Below are positions 18,895-28,133 of a stretch of 64,000 bases of DNA, one piece after another; within the stretch, counting starts at the first letter, position 1; each line of letters begins with the position of its first letter. The notes under the pieces were generated by a model. That model worked only from the letters and a program-made list of their open reading frames with translations. It made no database searches and was not told where the DNA came from. Source of the DNA: Alphaproteobacteria bacterium (GTDB lineage Bacteria; Pseudomonadota; Alphaproteobacteria; UBA2966); the NCBI GenBank assembly GCA_964291395.2, contig OZ219856.1:1952001-2016000 (forward strand). The letters run 5' to 3'. A program made the position numbers and the translations under genes.

Positions 18895-18926
18895 AGGGAG
18901 AAAGGGACGGCCGTCCCTTTCTCCCT
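18895..18926. repeat. Perfect 32-bp palindrome between dctP and dctQ (likely mRNA-stabilising or attenuating hairpin)
   Basis: AGGGAGAAAGGGACGG|CCGTCCCTTTCTCCCT. Confidence 0.8.
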
Positions 18927-18955
18927 ACGCCTATATTGCTAGAGCGCAAATTCCC

Positions 18956-20002
18956 CTAATAGTCTTCCACCGGGATTTGAGCGTCCTGGATCCGCTTTAT
19001 GAATCCTCTATCCAGATTCAGCTTTTCGATAAGAGGATCCCAAAGGGCCAGGGCCGGATCGATCCACTGCTTCAGCTCTTCCTTCGTGGGGTGGTAGATC
19101 TTGGCCTTGTGATTTGTCACCGCCCCCCGCGAACCTTTGTCACTGAGGTATATATCGGACATGTGACCCGCCATCTCAGCCTCGGTAGACGCACGGTCTA
19201 CGACAGCCTTGAGATCCGCGGGCAACTCGTTCCATCTGTCGAGATTCATCACGCCGATATGCCAGACGCCGATCCCTCCCGTCATGGTTATATGCTTGGC
19301 AACCTCGGTATGCTTGTACTGGTAGCTCCACAGGGAATTTGAAAAGAGACCTTCGACGATTCCCTGCTTGAGACTGGTGTAGACCTCCGACCACGGTATG
19401 ACGACCAGCTGGAAACCGTAACCCCCATAGACTGCCTGATTGATGGGGGAGGCTACGACCCGCATCTTGATGCCTTTTGCATCTGCCGGTGTCTTGACCT
19501 CTTTTCTCGAGTTGAAAATATTTCGCGGCCCACCGATAGGGAACATCATCAGGTACTTGAAACCGTCCTTCTCGACTCGCGCTGCAATCTCGTCGCGAAG
19601 AGGCCCGGTCACCAGATTGAAGTCGTTTTGGCGGCCATAGACGAGGTAAGGCAGATCGAACGGCAGCATAGCCTTACCCACGTGGGCATAGTTCCCGTTA
19701 GAGGTATAAGCAACGTCCAAGGTTCCTTGGGCGACCGATTCCAGGAGTTTCTTGTCACTTCCCAACGAGCCGGAATGATGTACCTCGACCTTGATGCGCC
19801 CTCCGGAATATTTTTCCGCCCGATACTTGAATTCTTCAACAGCCCAGTACGTCGAGAGTGCCGGGGTTCCTGTATGGCCCACCACGATTGTAAATTCTTG
19901 GGCGTGAACGGGTTGATTTCCGATCAGTCCGATGAGCACGGCAAGCCCAAAGGACAAAGCCACGGCCCTCATCCGTCCCAATGACAGACGTCTAATTTTC
20001 AT
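18956..20002 (-). CDS. dctP: TRAP transporter substrate-binding protein DctP
   Basis: Signal peptide; FDLPYL, KTPADAKGIKMRV and WSEVYTSLKQG motifs. Confidence 0.93.
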   Translation of the reverse strand: MKIRRLSLGRMRAVALSFGLAVLIGLIGNQPVHAQEFTIVVGHTGTPALSTYWAVEEFKYRAEKYSGGRIKVEVHHSGSLGSDKKLLESVAQGTLDVAYTSNGNYAHVGKAMLPFDLPYLVYGRQNDFNLVTGPLRDEIAARVEKDGFKYLMMFPIGGPRNIFNSRKEVKTPADAKGIKMRVVASPINQAVYGGYGFQLVVIPWSEVYTSLKQGIVEGLFSNSLWSYQYKHTEVAKHITMTGGIGVWHIGVMNLDRWNELPADLKAVVDRASTEAEMAGHMSDIYLSDKGSRGAVTNHKAKIYHPTKEELKQWIDPALALWDPLIEKLNLDRGFIKRIQDAQIPVEDY

Positions 20003-20208
20003 CGCTCTCTCCTCCCATTTATGGTTTTGAAGACGTTTGATGCCTTCTAGCCCGTAGGCCCTATCGCCTTTCGAAACATGGCCCTCAACTGGGCACGATA
20101 CATCTAGTGAGGACGTCTCATCCTCAGCGGAGTCGCCTGGTCACGACATCCACACACAAACGCTATCGCACGGAGGCGTGATAGAAAAATTTGAATTTCA
20201 AAAGTCTC

Positions 20209-20227
20209 TGATCGGACTTCTCTATCA
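20209..20227. promoter_or_regulatory. LysR-type recognition site (T-N11-A) in the dctP/lysR divergent region
   Basis: TGATCGGACTTCTCTATCA dyad, with a related TGATAGAAAAATTTGAAT upstream. Confidence 0.55.
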
Positions 20228-20279
20228 AAAGGTGTATGCTCGTTTCGGCGTCCATTTAGACCTTGGACGGGGGTCGCAC

Positions 20280-21194
20280 ATGCCGAATTTCCGGCATTTG
20301 GAGCGCTTCGTTGCCGTCGCGGAGGAACTGAACTTCCGCAGGGCGGCCGCGCGACTCAACATGTCACAGCCGCCGCTCAGCGATTCCATCCGGCAGCTTG
20401 AGGACGAACTCGGGACACAGTTGCTGAGACGCTCGCGGCGGTCGGTCGAATTAACCGAGTCGGGCGTGGTCTTTCTCGATCGCGCTCGGCGGATCCTGTT
20501 TCAGTTGTCCGAAGCGGTTGACGTCACCCAGGGAATCGCCCACGGCATGTACGAACACATCGCCGTGGGTTTCAATCCGGCGTCGAGTTATGAAATTCTG
20601 CCCGGGATCGTGAACCGTTTCCGAGCCCATTACCCAAACGTGAGCCTGGGGATCGATGAATTGGGCACCGTGGAACGCGAAGATGCTCTGCTGCAGAAGC
20701 GGGTCGACGTGGTCTTGCATAACGTGCCGACGATCACCAGGCCGGGCATTCGGCAGGAAGTCATCCTGAGGGAGCCGCTGGTCGCCGTGTTGCCGGCGGA
20801 CCATCCCCTGGCCGGGGAGGCGGAGATCAATCTTCGGCGGCTCAGGAATGAGTTGTTCCTGGTTCGGCCCTCACGCCAGGAATCCGGTCATCGTGCGCTC
20901 GTCCTCTATGCCTGTCTTGAAGCTGGTTTCATCCCCAACGACATACGACAGGTGGATCGCCTCCACAACGCGGTATGTCTGATCGCAGCGGGCCTGGGCG
21001 TGACGGTCTGTCCCGCTTCCTTGGAACGTTTCGCTCCCCCGGGCGCGATCTACGTTCCACTCGAGGATCGGAATTCGAAATTTTACATGGATTGCGGCGT
21101 TTCCCGCCGCTTGGACGACAGGTCGGCACTAACGGAGAGGTTCATCGACGTCGCCCGCGAGTTCGGCCGCGATTTCATGCAAGCGAAGACGTAG
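20280..21194 (+). CDS. LysR family transcriptional regulator (HcaR/BenM-like)
   Basis: VAEELNFRRAAARLNMSQPPLSDSIRQLE HTH; divergent from the TRAP operon. Confidence 0.95.
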   Translation: MPNFRHLERFVAVAEELNFRRAAARLNMSQPPLSDSIRQLEDELGTQLLRRSRRSVELTESGVVFLDRARRILFQLSEAVDVTQGIAHGMYEHIAVGFNPASSYEILPGIVNRFRAHYPNVSLGIDELGTVEREDALLQKRVDVVLHNVPTITRPGIRQEVILREPLVAVLPADHPLAGEAEINLRRLRNELFLVRPSRQESGHRALVLYACLEAGFIPNDIRQVDRLHNAVCLIAAGLGVTVCPASLERFAPPGAIYVPLEDRNSKFYMDCGVSRRLDDRSALTERFIDVAREFGRDFMQAKT

Positions 21195-21643
21195 GTAGGG
21201 TGCCGGCGGGCTGAGCGGTCACTGCACGGTCGAGAAATTCGGCAGTTGCAAGAACCTGCCGCCAATCCTCCGTAGTGGTAGAAATCATTTCGGGTAGCAG
21301 CTACCGTCCCCACCGGCCGCGCAAGGCGGACACCATGGCCGGCACGGACGGGCGCCGGCTGCAGCGGTTCTGCGACCGGCACTCGAAATTCCGCGGGGGT
21401 ATCGGCTCGGGCGGTCTTCCCGTTGCCCGTACGCCGAGTGCGCATAACCTCGGTGTCCGGTGCATGCGGATTTCCGACTCGAACGATTGTCCGAATGGGG
21501 TCATGAGCCGAAGTTCACAGCTCTTCATTTCGACGGCCGCGATATAAGTAGAAGCGGACTATCAAAGCTCTAACCAAACTCCAGTCCGAGTCCTCCCCGG
21601 GGCGGGCGTATATAACTCATTGCAATGAAACGATAAAATAGCG

Positions 21644-21720
21644 TGGCGACCCCGGCAGGACTCGAACCTGCAACCCTCGGCTTAGAAGGCCGATGCTCTA
21701 TCCAGCTGAGCTACGGGGCC
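21644..21720 (-). tRNA. tRNA-Arg(TCT)
   Basis: GGCCCCGTAGCTCAGCTGGATAGAGCATCGGCCTTCTAAGCCGAGGGTTGCAGGTTCGAGTCCTGCCGGGGTCGCCA; cloverleaf with CCA. Confidence 0.97.
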
Positions 21721-21773
21721 GCTGGGTGACGGGAGTGTAGCGCAGACCGTCCCGCGCCGGCGCAAGAATTCGC

Positions 21774-22067
21774 CTATCTCACCGCGTCGTAGCGGAAGTT
21801 GTCCGAATAGGACTTCGTCTTGAACTTGCGCCGGCGGGGTTCCTGCACCTGATATTCGATACCGTGCTTCTCGCAATAGGCAACGGCCGCCTCGCGGGTG
21901 GGAAACCGCATCGTCACCTGCTGATCCGTGTCCGACGACGACGTCCAGCCCATCAGCGGGTCGATGCGCCGCGCCGCCTTGGGCTCGAACCGCACGATCC
22001 AGTCCTTGGTCTTGGCCTGGCCCGACTGCATCGCCGTCCGGGTGGGTCGATATATCCGTGCCTGCAT
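21774..22067 (-). CDS. ETC complex I subunit (NDUFS4-like)
   Basis: ARIYRPTRTAMQSG, DPLMGWTSS and KSYSDNF motifs. Confidence 0.92.
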   Translation of the reverse strand: MQARIYRPTRTAMQSGQAKTKDWIVRFEPKAARRIDPLMGWTSSSDTDQQVTMRFPTREAAVAYCEKHGIEYQVQEPRRRKFKTKSYSDNFRYDAVR

Positions 22068-22109
22068 CGAGAAGAACCTCACCCACATGAAACCCCGGCG
22101 CCTCGAACC

Positions 22110-22186
22110 TGGTCGGGGAGACTGGATTCGAACCAGCGGCCCCCGGCTCCCAAAGCCGGTGCTCTACCAGGCTGAGCTACTCCCCG
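22110..22186 (-). tRNA. tRNA-Pro(TGG)
   Basis: CGGGGAGTAGCTCAGCCTGGTAGAGCACCGGCTTTGGGAGCCGGGGGCCGCTGGTTCGAATCCAGTCTCCCCGACCA. Confidence 0.97.
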
Positions 22187-22276
22187 CGAAACGCGGCGCC
22201 TCGACGCCGAGATACACCAACTCGGATCGGGCGGCAAGGCAACAAGGTCGGACCTCGGGTCCGACCCCAAGGGATA

Positions 22277-22705
22277 TCAATCGGCTTGCCGGGGCTCACC
22301 GCGAAGCTTGTAGGTACCCGACATCGTCAGAACGGTCCGCCCGTCGACGGTCAGTTCCCCGACGGCGAAAACGATCGAGCGCGTCGCCTTGGTCACCTCG
22401 CCGCGCCCCTCGAGCCAATCGCCGATACGCGCGGGCGCAACGAAGTCCGAAACCATGCGGATGCTCGCGCCCGGGCGGCCGGCGTGGCGGTAGCTGACGG
22501 TGCCGAGTATGACGTCGGCGAAGGACATCAGCACGCCGCCGTGGACCACGCCACCGAGGTTCGTGTGCTTGTCCTCGACCCTGAGCGCCCGCACGAGAGT
22601 TCCGTCGTCCTCCAGACGTTCGTAAACGGGCCCGATGAGCCGGCCGAACGACGAGAGCCCGCCGATCGGCGCGAATCCGGCAGGAATCTCCCACGCGTCG
22701 ACCAT
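22277..22705 (-). CDS. PaaI family thioesterase (hotdog fold)
   Basis: HTNLGGVVHGGVLMSFAD motif. Confidence 0.9.
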   Translation of the reverse strand: MVDAWEIPAGFAPIGGLSSFGRLIGPVYERLEDDGTLVRALRVEDKHTNLGGVVHGGVLMSFADVILGTVSYRHAGRPGASIRMVSDFVAPARIGDWLEGRGEVTKATRSIVFAVGELTVDGRTVLTMSGTYKLRGEPRQAD

Positions 22706-22721
22706 GCCGCCGTCCGTCCCG

Positions 22722-23213
22722 TCAACGGGATCTGCCCGAGCCGGAGCCCTGGTAGATCACGCGGTCCCCGGGGCGGATACCGAGTCGTGACGCCGTCCCG
22801 GCGTTGACCTCGAGCACGGCGCGAACCGGCCCTCCGGACGCCACCGTCGTCAACGACAGCGGCACCGTCCGTTCCGCGATGCGCGTGATCCGCCAGTCGG
22901 CGCCGATGAAGATCATATCGAGCGGAATGTAGGTGTTGCGCATCCACATGGCGACGTTCCGCGGGCGACCGTATTCGAACAGCATCCCCGCGTCGGGTTC
23001 GAGCCGCCGGCGGTACATCAGGCCGCGAGCCTGCTCCTCGGACGTGCGCGCGACTTCGACCCCGAACCGGTGCTCGCCGCTCTCGGAGACGATCACCACC
23101 TCCGAGGTCGCCGCCCCCGGTGCCCCCGAATGCCCGGGGACCGGACTCAGCGCGGCAAGCGCCAACATCGCCCACATGCCGAGCACGCGGCGTCGCCGGA
23201 CCCATCCAAACAT
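22722..23213 (-). CDS. DUF192 family exported protein (start uncertain)
   Basis: RGLMYR, GMLF, MWMRNTYIPLDMIFI and VLEVNAG motifs. Confidence 0.9.
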   Translation of the reverse strand: MFGWVRRRRVLGMWAMLALAALSPVPGHSGAPGAATSEVVIVSESGEHRFGVEVARTSEEQARGLMYRRRLEPDAGMLFEYGRPRNVAMWMRNTYIPLDMIFIGADWRITRIAERTVPLSLTTVASGGPVRAVLEVNAGTASRLGIRPGDRVIYQGSGSGRSR

Positions 23214-23319
23214 GGGAGCAAGACTACGGAAAACGACGTCGGAGTAAACGGCTGTCACGGCCGAGACGACTTGCGACACCGCGGCCTTTGATCTGTCGGG
23301 CCGAGGACCTTATAGTCGT

Positions 23320-23420
23320 ACCGTCACTGGGGGGAGCCGCGCGCCGCGGCTGAGAGGTCCCACCTCACGGGACGACCCCAAGAACCTGATCCGGATCATG
23401 CCGGCGTAGGGAAAGGTGCC
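23320..23420 (+). ncRNA. TPP riboswitch
   Basis: GGGGAGCC...GGCTGAGA...GACCC..AGAACCTGATCCGGATCATGCCGGCGTAGGGAA immediately upstream of a thiamine-precursor ABC transporter. Confidence 0.93.
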
Positions 23421-23423
23421 TCC

Positions 23424-24206
23424 ATGAGTGACAGAGAAGGCCTTTTGGCCGTGGATGGTCGAGCCCCGGACGTGCACGTCCGCGGCGCGACGTTGCGCCA
23501 TGGCGACAGCGTCCTTTTCGAGGACCTGTCGGTTACCCTCGCGGCGGGGGAGATAACGTGCCTGCTCGGCGTTTCCGGAATCGGCAAGTCCAGCCTCTTG
23601 AAGCTCGTCGCCGGCCTCGGCCCCGCACTCGAGCGCGGCACCATCGAGGCGGGAGACGGCCGTGCGCTGAAGGGCCGAATCGCCTACATGGACCAGCGGG
23701 ACCTGCTCCTCCCCTGGCTCAGCGTCCTGGACAACGTGACCCTCGGAGCCCGACTGCGGGGCGATCACGCGGATGGAGACGGTGCCAGAAGCCTGCTGCG
23801 CGATGTCGGTCTGGCGGGCCGCGAGAACGACTTGCCGGCCGTTCTGTCGGGCGGGATGCGGCAGCGCACGGCGCTGGCCCGGACGCTCATGGAGGACCGC
23901 CCCGTCGTCCTGATGGACGAGCCGTTCTCGGCGCTCGACGCGCTCACGAGACTGCACCTGCAGGATCTCGCGGGACGGCTGCTCACGGGACGGACCGTGC
24001 TGCTCGTCACCCACGACCCGATCGAAGCGGTCCGACTCGGTCACCGCATCCATATCATGGCGGGACTCCCGGCGCGGATCGCCACGGCGATGACCCTCTC
24101 CGGCGAACCGCCGCGCGACCCTACGCGGGAGGAAGCGACGGCGCGCTACCGCGAGTTGATGACGTATCTCGGGCAATCCGGGTCCGTCGCGGGCCTCGGG
24201 AAATGA
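23424..24206 (+). CDS. Hydroxymethylpyrimidine/thiamine ABC transporter ATP-binding protein (ThiZ-like)
   Basis: GVSGIGKSS, LSGGMRQR, DEPFSALD; TPP riboswitch upstream. Confidence 0.9.
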   Translation: MSDREGLLAVDGRAPDVHVRGATLRHGDSVLFEDLSVTLAAGEITCLLGVSGIGKSSLLKLVAGLGPALERGTIEAGDGRALKGRIAYMDQRDLLLPWLSVLDNVTLGARLRGDHADGDGARSLLRDVGLAGRENDLPAVLSGGMRQRTALARTLMEDRPVVLMDEPFSALDALTRLHLQDLAGRLLTGRTVLLVTHDPIEAVRLGHRIHIMAGLPARIATAMTLSGEPPRDPTREEATARYRELMTYLGQSGSVAGLGK

Positions 24207-25015
24207 CGGGCCTCATGCCTCGCGTCCTGCGCGCGCTTGCGACCCTGTGCGGGCTGGGACTGTTGTGGCAAGCCATCGTCTGGGTGACCCAGGCGCCACC
24301 GTACATCCTGCCGGGTCCCCTGCCGGTGCTGCGGGTCATCGGCGAGCGGGCGGACTTCCTGGCCGCGCACGCCGGGGTGACCGTGGCCGAGATCCTACTC
24401 GGGCTGGGCCTGGGGACCTTGTTGGGGGTGCTCAGCGCCATCCTCATCCACCAGTTGCGCCCGGCCCGGCGCTGGCTGTTCCCGATCCTGGTGATCTCCC
24501 AGGCCGTCCCCGTGTTCGCCATCGCCCCCGTCCTCGTGCTGTGGCTCGGCTACGGCATGGCGTCAAAGGTGGCGATGGCGACACTCATCATCTATTTCCC
24601 GGTGACCGCGAGCTTCCTGGACGGCCTGCGGCGCACCGAGACCGGCTGGCTGGATCTCGCCGCCACCATGACCAAAGACGATCCGAGCCGGGTCTGGGCA
24701 ATCCTCTGGCATATCCGCATCCCCGCGGCCCTCCCCGCCCTGGCCTCCGGTCTGCGGGTCGCCGCCGCGGTCGCTCCCATCGGCGCCGTGGTCGGGGAAT
24801 GGGTGGGCGCGAGCGAAGGCCTCGGTTACGTCATGCTGCATGCCAACGGCCGGATGCAGATCGACCTGATGTTCGCCGCCCTCCTCGTCCTCAGCCTGTT
24901 CGCCATCGCCATCTACTTCGCCGTCGACCATCTGCTGCGTCGCGCGCTTCCCTGGCAGGCCGACAGCGCGCCGGCCGACGACGACGCGCCTTCCTCGAAC
25001 CTAGCTCCTTCCTAA
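24203..25015 (+). CDS. Hydroxymethylpyrimidine ABC transporter permease (ThiX-like)
   Basis: ATGA overlap with the previous gene; SQAVPVFAIAP and GAVVGEWVGA motifs. Confidence 0.9.
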   Translation: MTGLMPRVLRALATLCGLGLLWQAIVWVTQAPPYILPGPLPVLRVIGERADFLAAHAGVTVAEILLGLGLGTLLGVLSAILIHQLRPARRWLFPILVISQAVPVFAIAPVLVLWLGYGMASKVAMATLIIYFPVTASFLDGLRRTETGWLDLAATMTKDDPSRVWAILWHIRIPAALPALASGLRVAAAVAPIGAVVGEWVGASEGLGYVMLHANGRMQIDLMFAALLVLSLFAIAIYFAVDHLLRRALPWQADSAPADDDAPSSNLAPS

Positions 25016-25041
25016 CAACCAACCAGTCGCGGGAGAACCCC

Positions 25042-26052
25042 ATGACCCATCCACAGCACATGACCCATCAGCAACGAGCGCATTCGCGGAGTCGAACGAC
25101 CGGCCGGTTCCTGGGCATCGGACTGGCGATCCTCGCTGCGCTCTCGGCTCAGAGCGCGGCCCGTGCCCAGGACAAGGTAACGGTGATGCTCGACTGGTTC
25201 GTGAACCCAGATCACGCACCGCTCTTCGTGGCGCAGGAAGCCGGTTATTTCCGTGACGCGGGCCTGGAGGTGGAGCTCATCGCCCCGGCCGACCCCAACG
25301 ATCCGCCCAAGCTCGTGGCGGCAGGCAAGGCCGACGTCGCCATCTCCTATCAGCCCCAACTCCACATCCAGGTCGATCAGGGACTGCCGCTCCGCCGCAT
25401 CGGGACGCTGGTGTCCACGCCGCTCAATTCGCTGGTCGTGCTGGCGGACGGTCCCATCAAGTCGATCGCGGACCTGAAGGGGCGGAAGGTCGGCTTCTCG
25501 GTGGGCGGGTTCGAAGACGTCCTGCTCAAGGCGATGCTGGAGCGGCACGGTCTGACGCTCGACGACGTGACGCTGATCAACGTCAACTTCTCCCTCTCGC
25601 CCTCCATCATCAGCGGTCAGGTGGACGCCGTGATCGGCGCCTTCCGCAATTTCGAGCTGAACCAGATGGATATCGTCGGCAAACCGGGACGTGCGTTCTA
25701 TATCGAGGAGGAAGGCGTTCCGACCTACGACGAGCTGATCCTCGTCGCTCACGCCGACAACCTGGCCGACCCCCGCCTGCGGCGCCTGGTCGATGCCATC
25801 GAGCAAGGCACGCAATACCTGATCAATCACCCGGACGAAAGCTGGAAGCTATTCCTGCGCGGGCGGAGCGACCTCGATGACGAACTCAACCGGCGCGCGT
25901 GGCGGGACACGCTGCCGCGCTTCGCCTTGCGTCCGGCGGCGCTCGACGGCGGCCGATATGCCCGGTTCGCCAAGTTTCTGGAACATCACGGGATGATCGG
26001 GTCGGCGCGCGCGGTCTCCGACTACGCGACCGAACTCGCGCCGATCGAGTAA
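25042..26052 (+). CDS. Hydroxymethylpyrimidine ABC transporter substrate-binding protein (ThiY/NMT1-like)
   Basis: LDWFVNPDH, ISYQPQL and GAFRNFE motifs; signal peptide. Confidence 0.9.
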   Translation: MTHPQHMTHQQRAHSRSRTTGRFLGIGLAILAALSAQSAARAQDKVTVMLDWFVNPDHAPLFVAQEAGYFRDAGLEVELIAPADPNDPPKLVAAGKADVAISYQPQLHIQVDQGLPLRRIGTLVSTPLNSLVVLADGPIKSIADLKGRKVGFSVGGFEDVLLKAMLERHGLTLDDVTLINVNFSLSPSIISGQVDAVIGAFRNFELNQMDIVGKPGRAFYIEEEGVPTYDELILVAHADNLADPRLRRLVDAIEQGTQYLINHPDESWKLFLRGRSDLDDELNRRAWRDTLPRFALRPAALDGGRYARFAKFLEHHGMIGSARAVSDYATELAPIE

Positions 26053-26101
26053 TCGTGATTGGGGCCGGACCCCGGTCCGATCCCGCGGAATCGGAACCGC
26101 C

Positions 26102-26647
26102 TCACTGATCCAGTTCGATATCCGCGACTTGCGGTCCCTTGGGGCCCTGTCCGGTGCGGACCCGCAGCAACTGCCCCGGCTTCAGATCATCCAGGCCGAT
26201 TCTTCGCAACGTCTTGATGTGTATGAAGATATCCTGAGTGCCTTCGCCGCGCGTCACGAAGCCATAGCCTTTTTCGACGTTGAACCACTTGACCATGACC
26301 TCGAAGTAATCGCCTTTCGCCTCGAGCGGTGGATAACGCGGGTCGTCATCGTCACCGTCGTGAGGTCCGGCGCCCGGCTGCACGGCCGTGCTGGTGTCGA
26401 TGTCGATGATGCGGATGGCCTGCAAGCCCTTGGGCCCGCGGACCGCTTCGCACAGGACGGTGGCTCCCTGCTCAACGCCCTCTTGCCCCGCTTGCCGCAG
26501 GGCGGAGAGGTGGATGAAGACATCACCGGAATTATCGGCGGGCGTCAGGAAGCCGAAACCCTTGGCCGCGTTGAACCACTTGACCCGGCCACTAACTTCA
26601 ACGCTCTCCGGATGTGGTTCCTCCGCAACCCGATCCTGTTCCGCCAT
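26102..26647 (-). CDS. Two-domain cold-shock protein
   Basis: Two VKWFN..KG(F/Y)GF...D(V/I)FIH cold-shock domains. Confidence 0.93.
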   Translation of the reverse strand: MAEQDRVAEEPHPESVEVSGRVKWFNAAKGFGFLTPADNSGDVFIHLSALRQAGQEGVEQGATVLCEAVRGPKGLQAIRIIDIDTSTAVQPGAGPHDGDDDDPRYPPLEAKGDYFEVMVKWFNVEKGYGFVTRGEGTQDIFIHIKTLRRIGLDDLKPGQLLRVRTGQGPKGPQVADIELDQ

Positions 26648-26920
26648 GGCAGGACCTCACCAAATGCCAGAGTAATCGGAAAATCTACCACGTTTGGTGT
26701 ATGACCACAAACGCGCGCCTCCGGCGCACCCCGTGGTGACCGGGCCGAAATACGACGCGTGGCAGCGATCACACGTGCCCCGTCCGGTCAGCACAGCGAT
26801 CCAGGTGCCGCGGGCTAACTGCCCGCCATACAGGCATTTTTGCTGGATCGGGCCGATTCGCCATATTATTGTCGGGACCGGATCGGGGGACCGAAATACC
26901 GGGAGAAGAGGGGCGGCGCA

Positions 26921-27439
26921 ATGCCGCCCGATAAGGGTACCGGGCAGGGGGGAAGCGACACCGTGCTGCATGCGATCAGTCTGACCGCAGTTCTCTTTGG
27001 TACGTGGTTGCTGTTGTCCGGCTACTTCACGGCCCTGCTCATTTCCCTCGGTGTCCTGTCTCTCGCCGTCTCGGTCGGCATCGCGCTTCGCATGGACGTC
27101 GTCGATCACGAGAGCCATCCCATTCACCTGACCTGGCGCATTCCCACCTACTGGATCTGGCTTCTTGCCCAGATCATCAAGTCGAACTTCGACGTGGCGA
27201 GAACCATCCTGGGCATCGGCGATCCGCCTACCCCGAACGTGGTGACCGTGCAGCCGAGCCAGCGTACCGAGTTGGGTCAGGTCATCTACGCCAACTCGAT
27301 CACGCTGACCCCCGGCACGATCTCCATCGAGCTCGAAAACGGCGAGATCACGGTCCACGCATTGACGCGGGGTTCGGCCGATGACCTCCGGACGGGCGTC
27401 ATGGACGGCCGTGTCTCGAAGCTCGAGGGCGGTGCCTGA
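26921..27439 (+). CDS. mrpE: Na+/H+ antiporter subunit E (alternative start GTG at 26963)
   Basis: YANSITLTPGTI and VHALT motifs. Confidence 0.92.
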   Translation: MPPDKGTGQGGSDTVLHAISLTAVLFGTWLLLSGYFTALLISLGVLSLAVSVGIALRMDVVDHESHPIHLTWRIPTYWIWLLAQIIKSNFDVARTILGIGDPPTPNVVTVQPSQRTELGQVIYANSITLTPGTISIELENGEITVHALTRGSADDLRTGVMDGRVSKLEGGA

Positions 27440-27789
27440 TGCTGGCCTTCGTCACCCTCGCCATCCTTCTGACCATGGCCCTGGCGCTGATTCGGGCGCT
27501 GCGCGGGCCGACGGTGTTCGACCGGATCCTGGCGGTCAGCATGGTGTCGACCAAGACGACGCTGCTCATCGCCGCGCTGGGCTTCCTCTTCGGACGGCCG
27601 GATTTCCTGGATATCGCTCTCCTCTACGCGCTGATCAACTTCGTCGGCGCCATCGCCGTGCTGAAATTCTACAAGTATGGAAGCCTCGGTCTTGCGTCCC
27701 ACCTCGAGGCCGTGCCGGCCCCTCCCGGATCGGACCCCCCGGGTGCGGGCGAGCACGGCGCGAAGCCCGAGGAAGGCCCCGCCGGATGA
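27439..27789 (+). CDS. mrpF: Na+/H+ antiporter subunit F
   Basis: GPTVFDRILA and DIALLYALINF motifs. Confidence 0.92.
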   Translation: MLAFVTLAILLTMALALIRALRGPTVFDRILAVSMVSTKTTLLIAALGFLFGRPDFLDIALLYALINFVGAIAVLKFYKYGSLGLASHLEAVPAPPGSDPPGAGEHGAKPEEGPAG

Positions 27790-28133
27790 TGGAAGGCGTC
27801 CTCGAAGTCCTGGCCTGGGGCCTGCTCGGAACCGGCGCCGTGTTCTCCGTGATCGGCGGTATCGGCATGCTTCGGCTGCCGGATTTCTATACGCGGATGC
27901 ATGCCGCGGGCGTCACCGACACGATGGGCGCCTGGCTGATCCTCGCCGGTCTCGCGTGCCTGGCCGGACTGACCCTCGTATCCGCGAAACTCGCCCTCAT
28001 CCTGTTCTTCCTGTTCATGACGGGACCCACGGCGACGCATGCGCTGGTCAAGACCGCGTGGTACGCCGGGGTGAAACCGCTCACCACGGAAGCATCCGGA
28101 AAGCCCGAAGGAACCCCGCCATCGAACCCCTAG
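27786..28133 (+). CDS. mrpG: Na+/H+ antiporter subunit G
   Basis: RLPDFYTRMHAAGVTDT and PTATHAL motifs. Confidence 0.92.
   Translation: MMEGVLEVLAWGLLGTGAVFSVIGGIGMLRLPDFYTRMHAAGVTDTMGAWLILAGLACLAGLTLVSAKLALILFFLFMTGPTATHALVKTAWYAGVKPLTTEASGKPEGTPPSNP

Larger units (their letters stand above)
10570..21661. mobile_element. Putative degraded genomic island at tRNA-Arg(UCU)
   Basis: Visibly lower GC, gene and IS stubs, abuts the tRNA 3' end; 14/18-nt degenerate direct repeat at 10570-10587 vs 21644-21661; no integrase seen. Confidence 0.45.

Noticed and set aside
21200-21560. Cys-containing short ORFs between lysR and tRNA-Arg as a transposase or integrase remnant
   Set aside because: Could not be matched convincingly to any family by eye.
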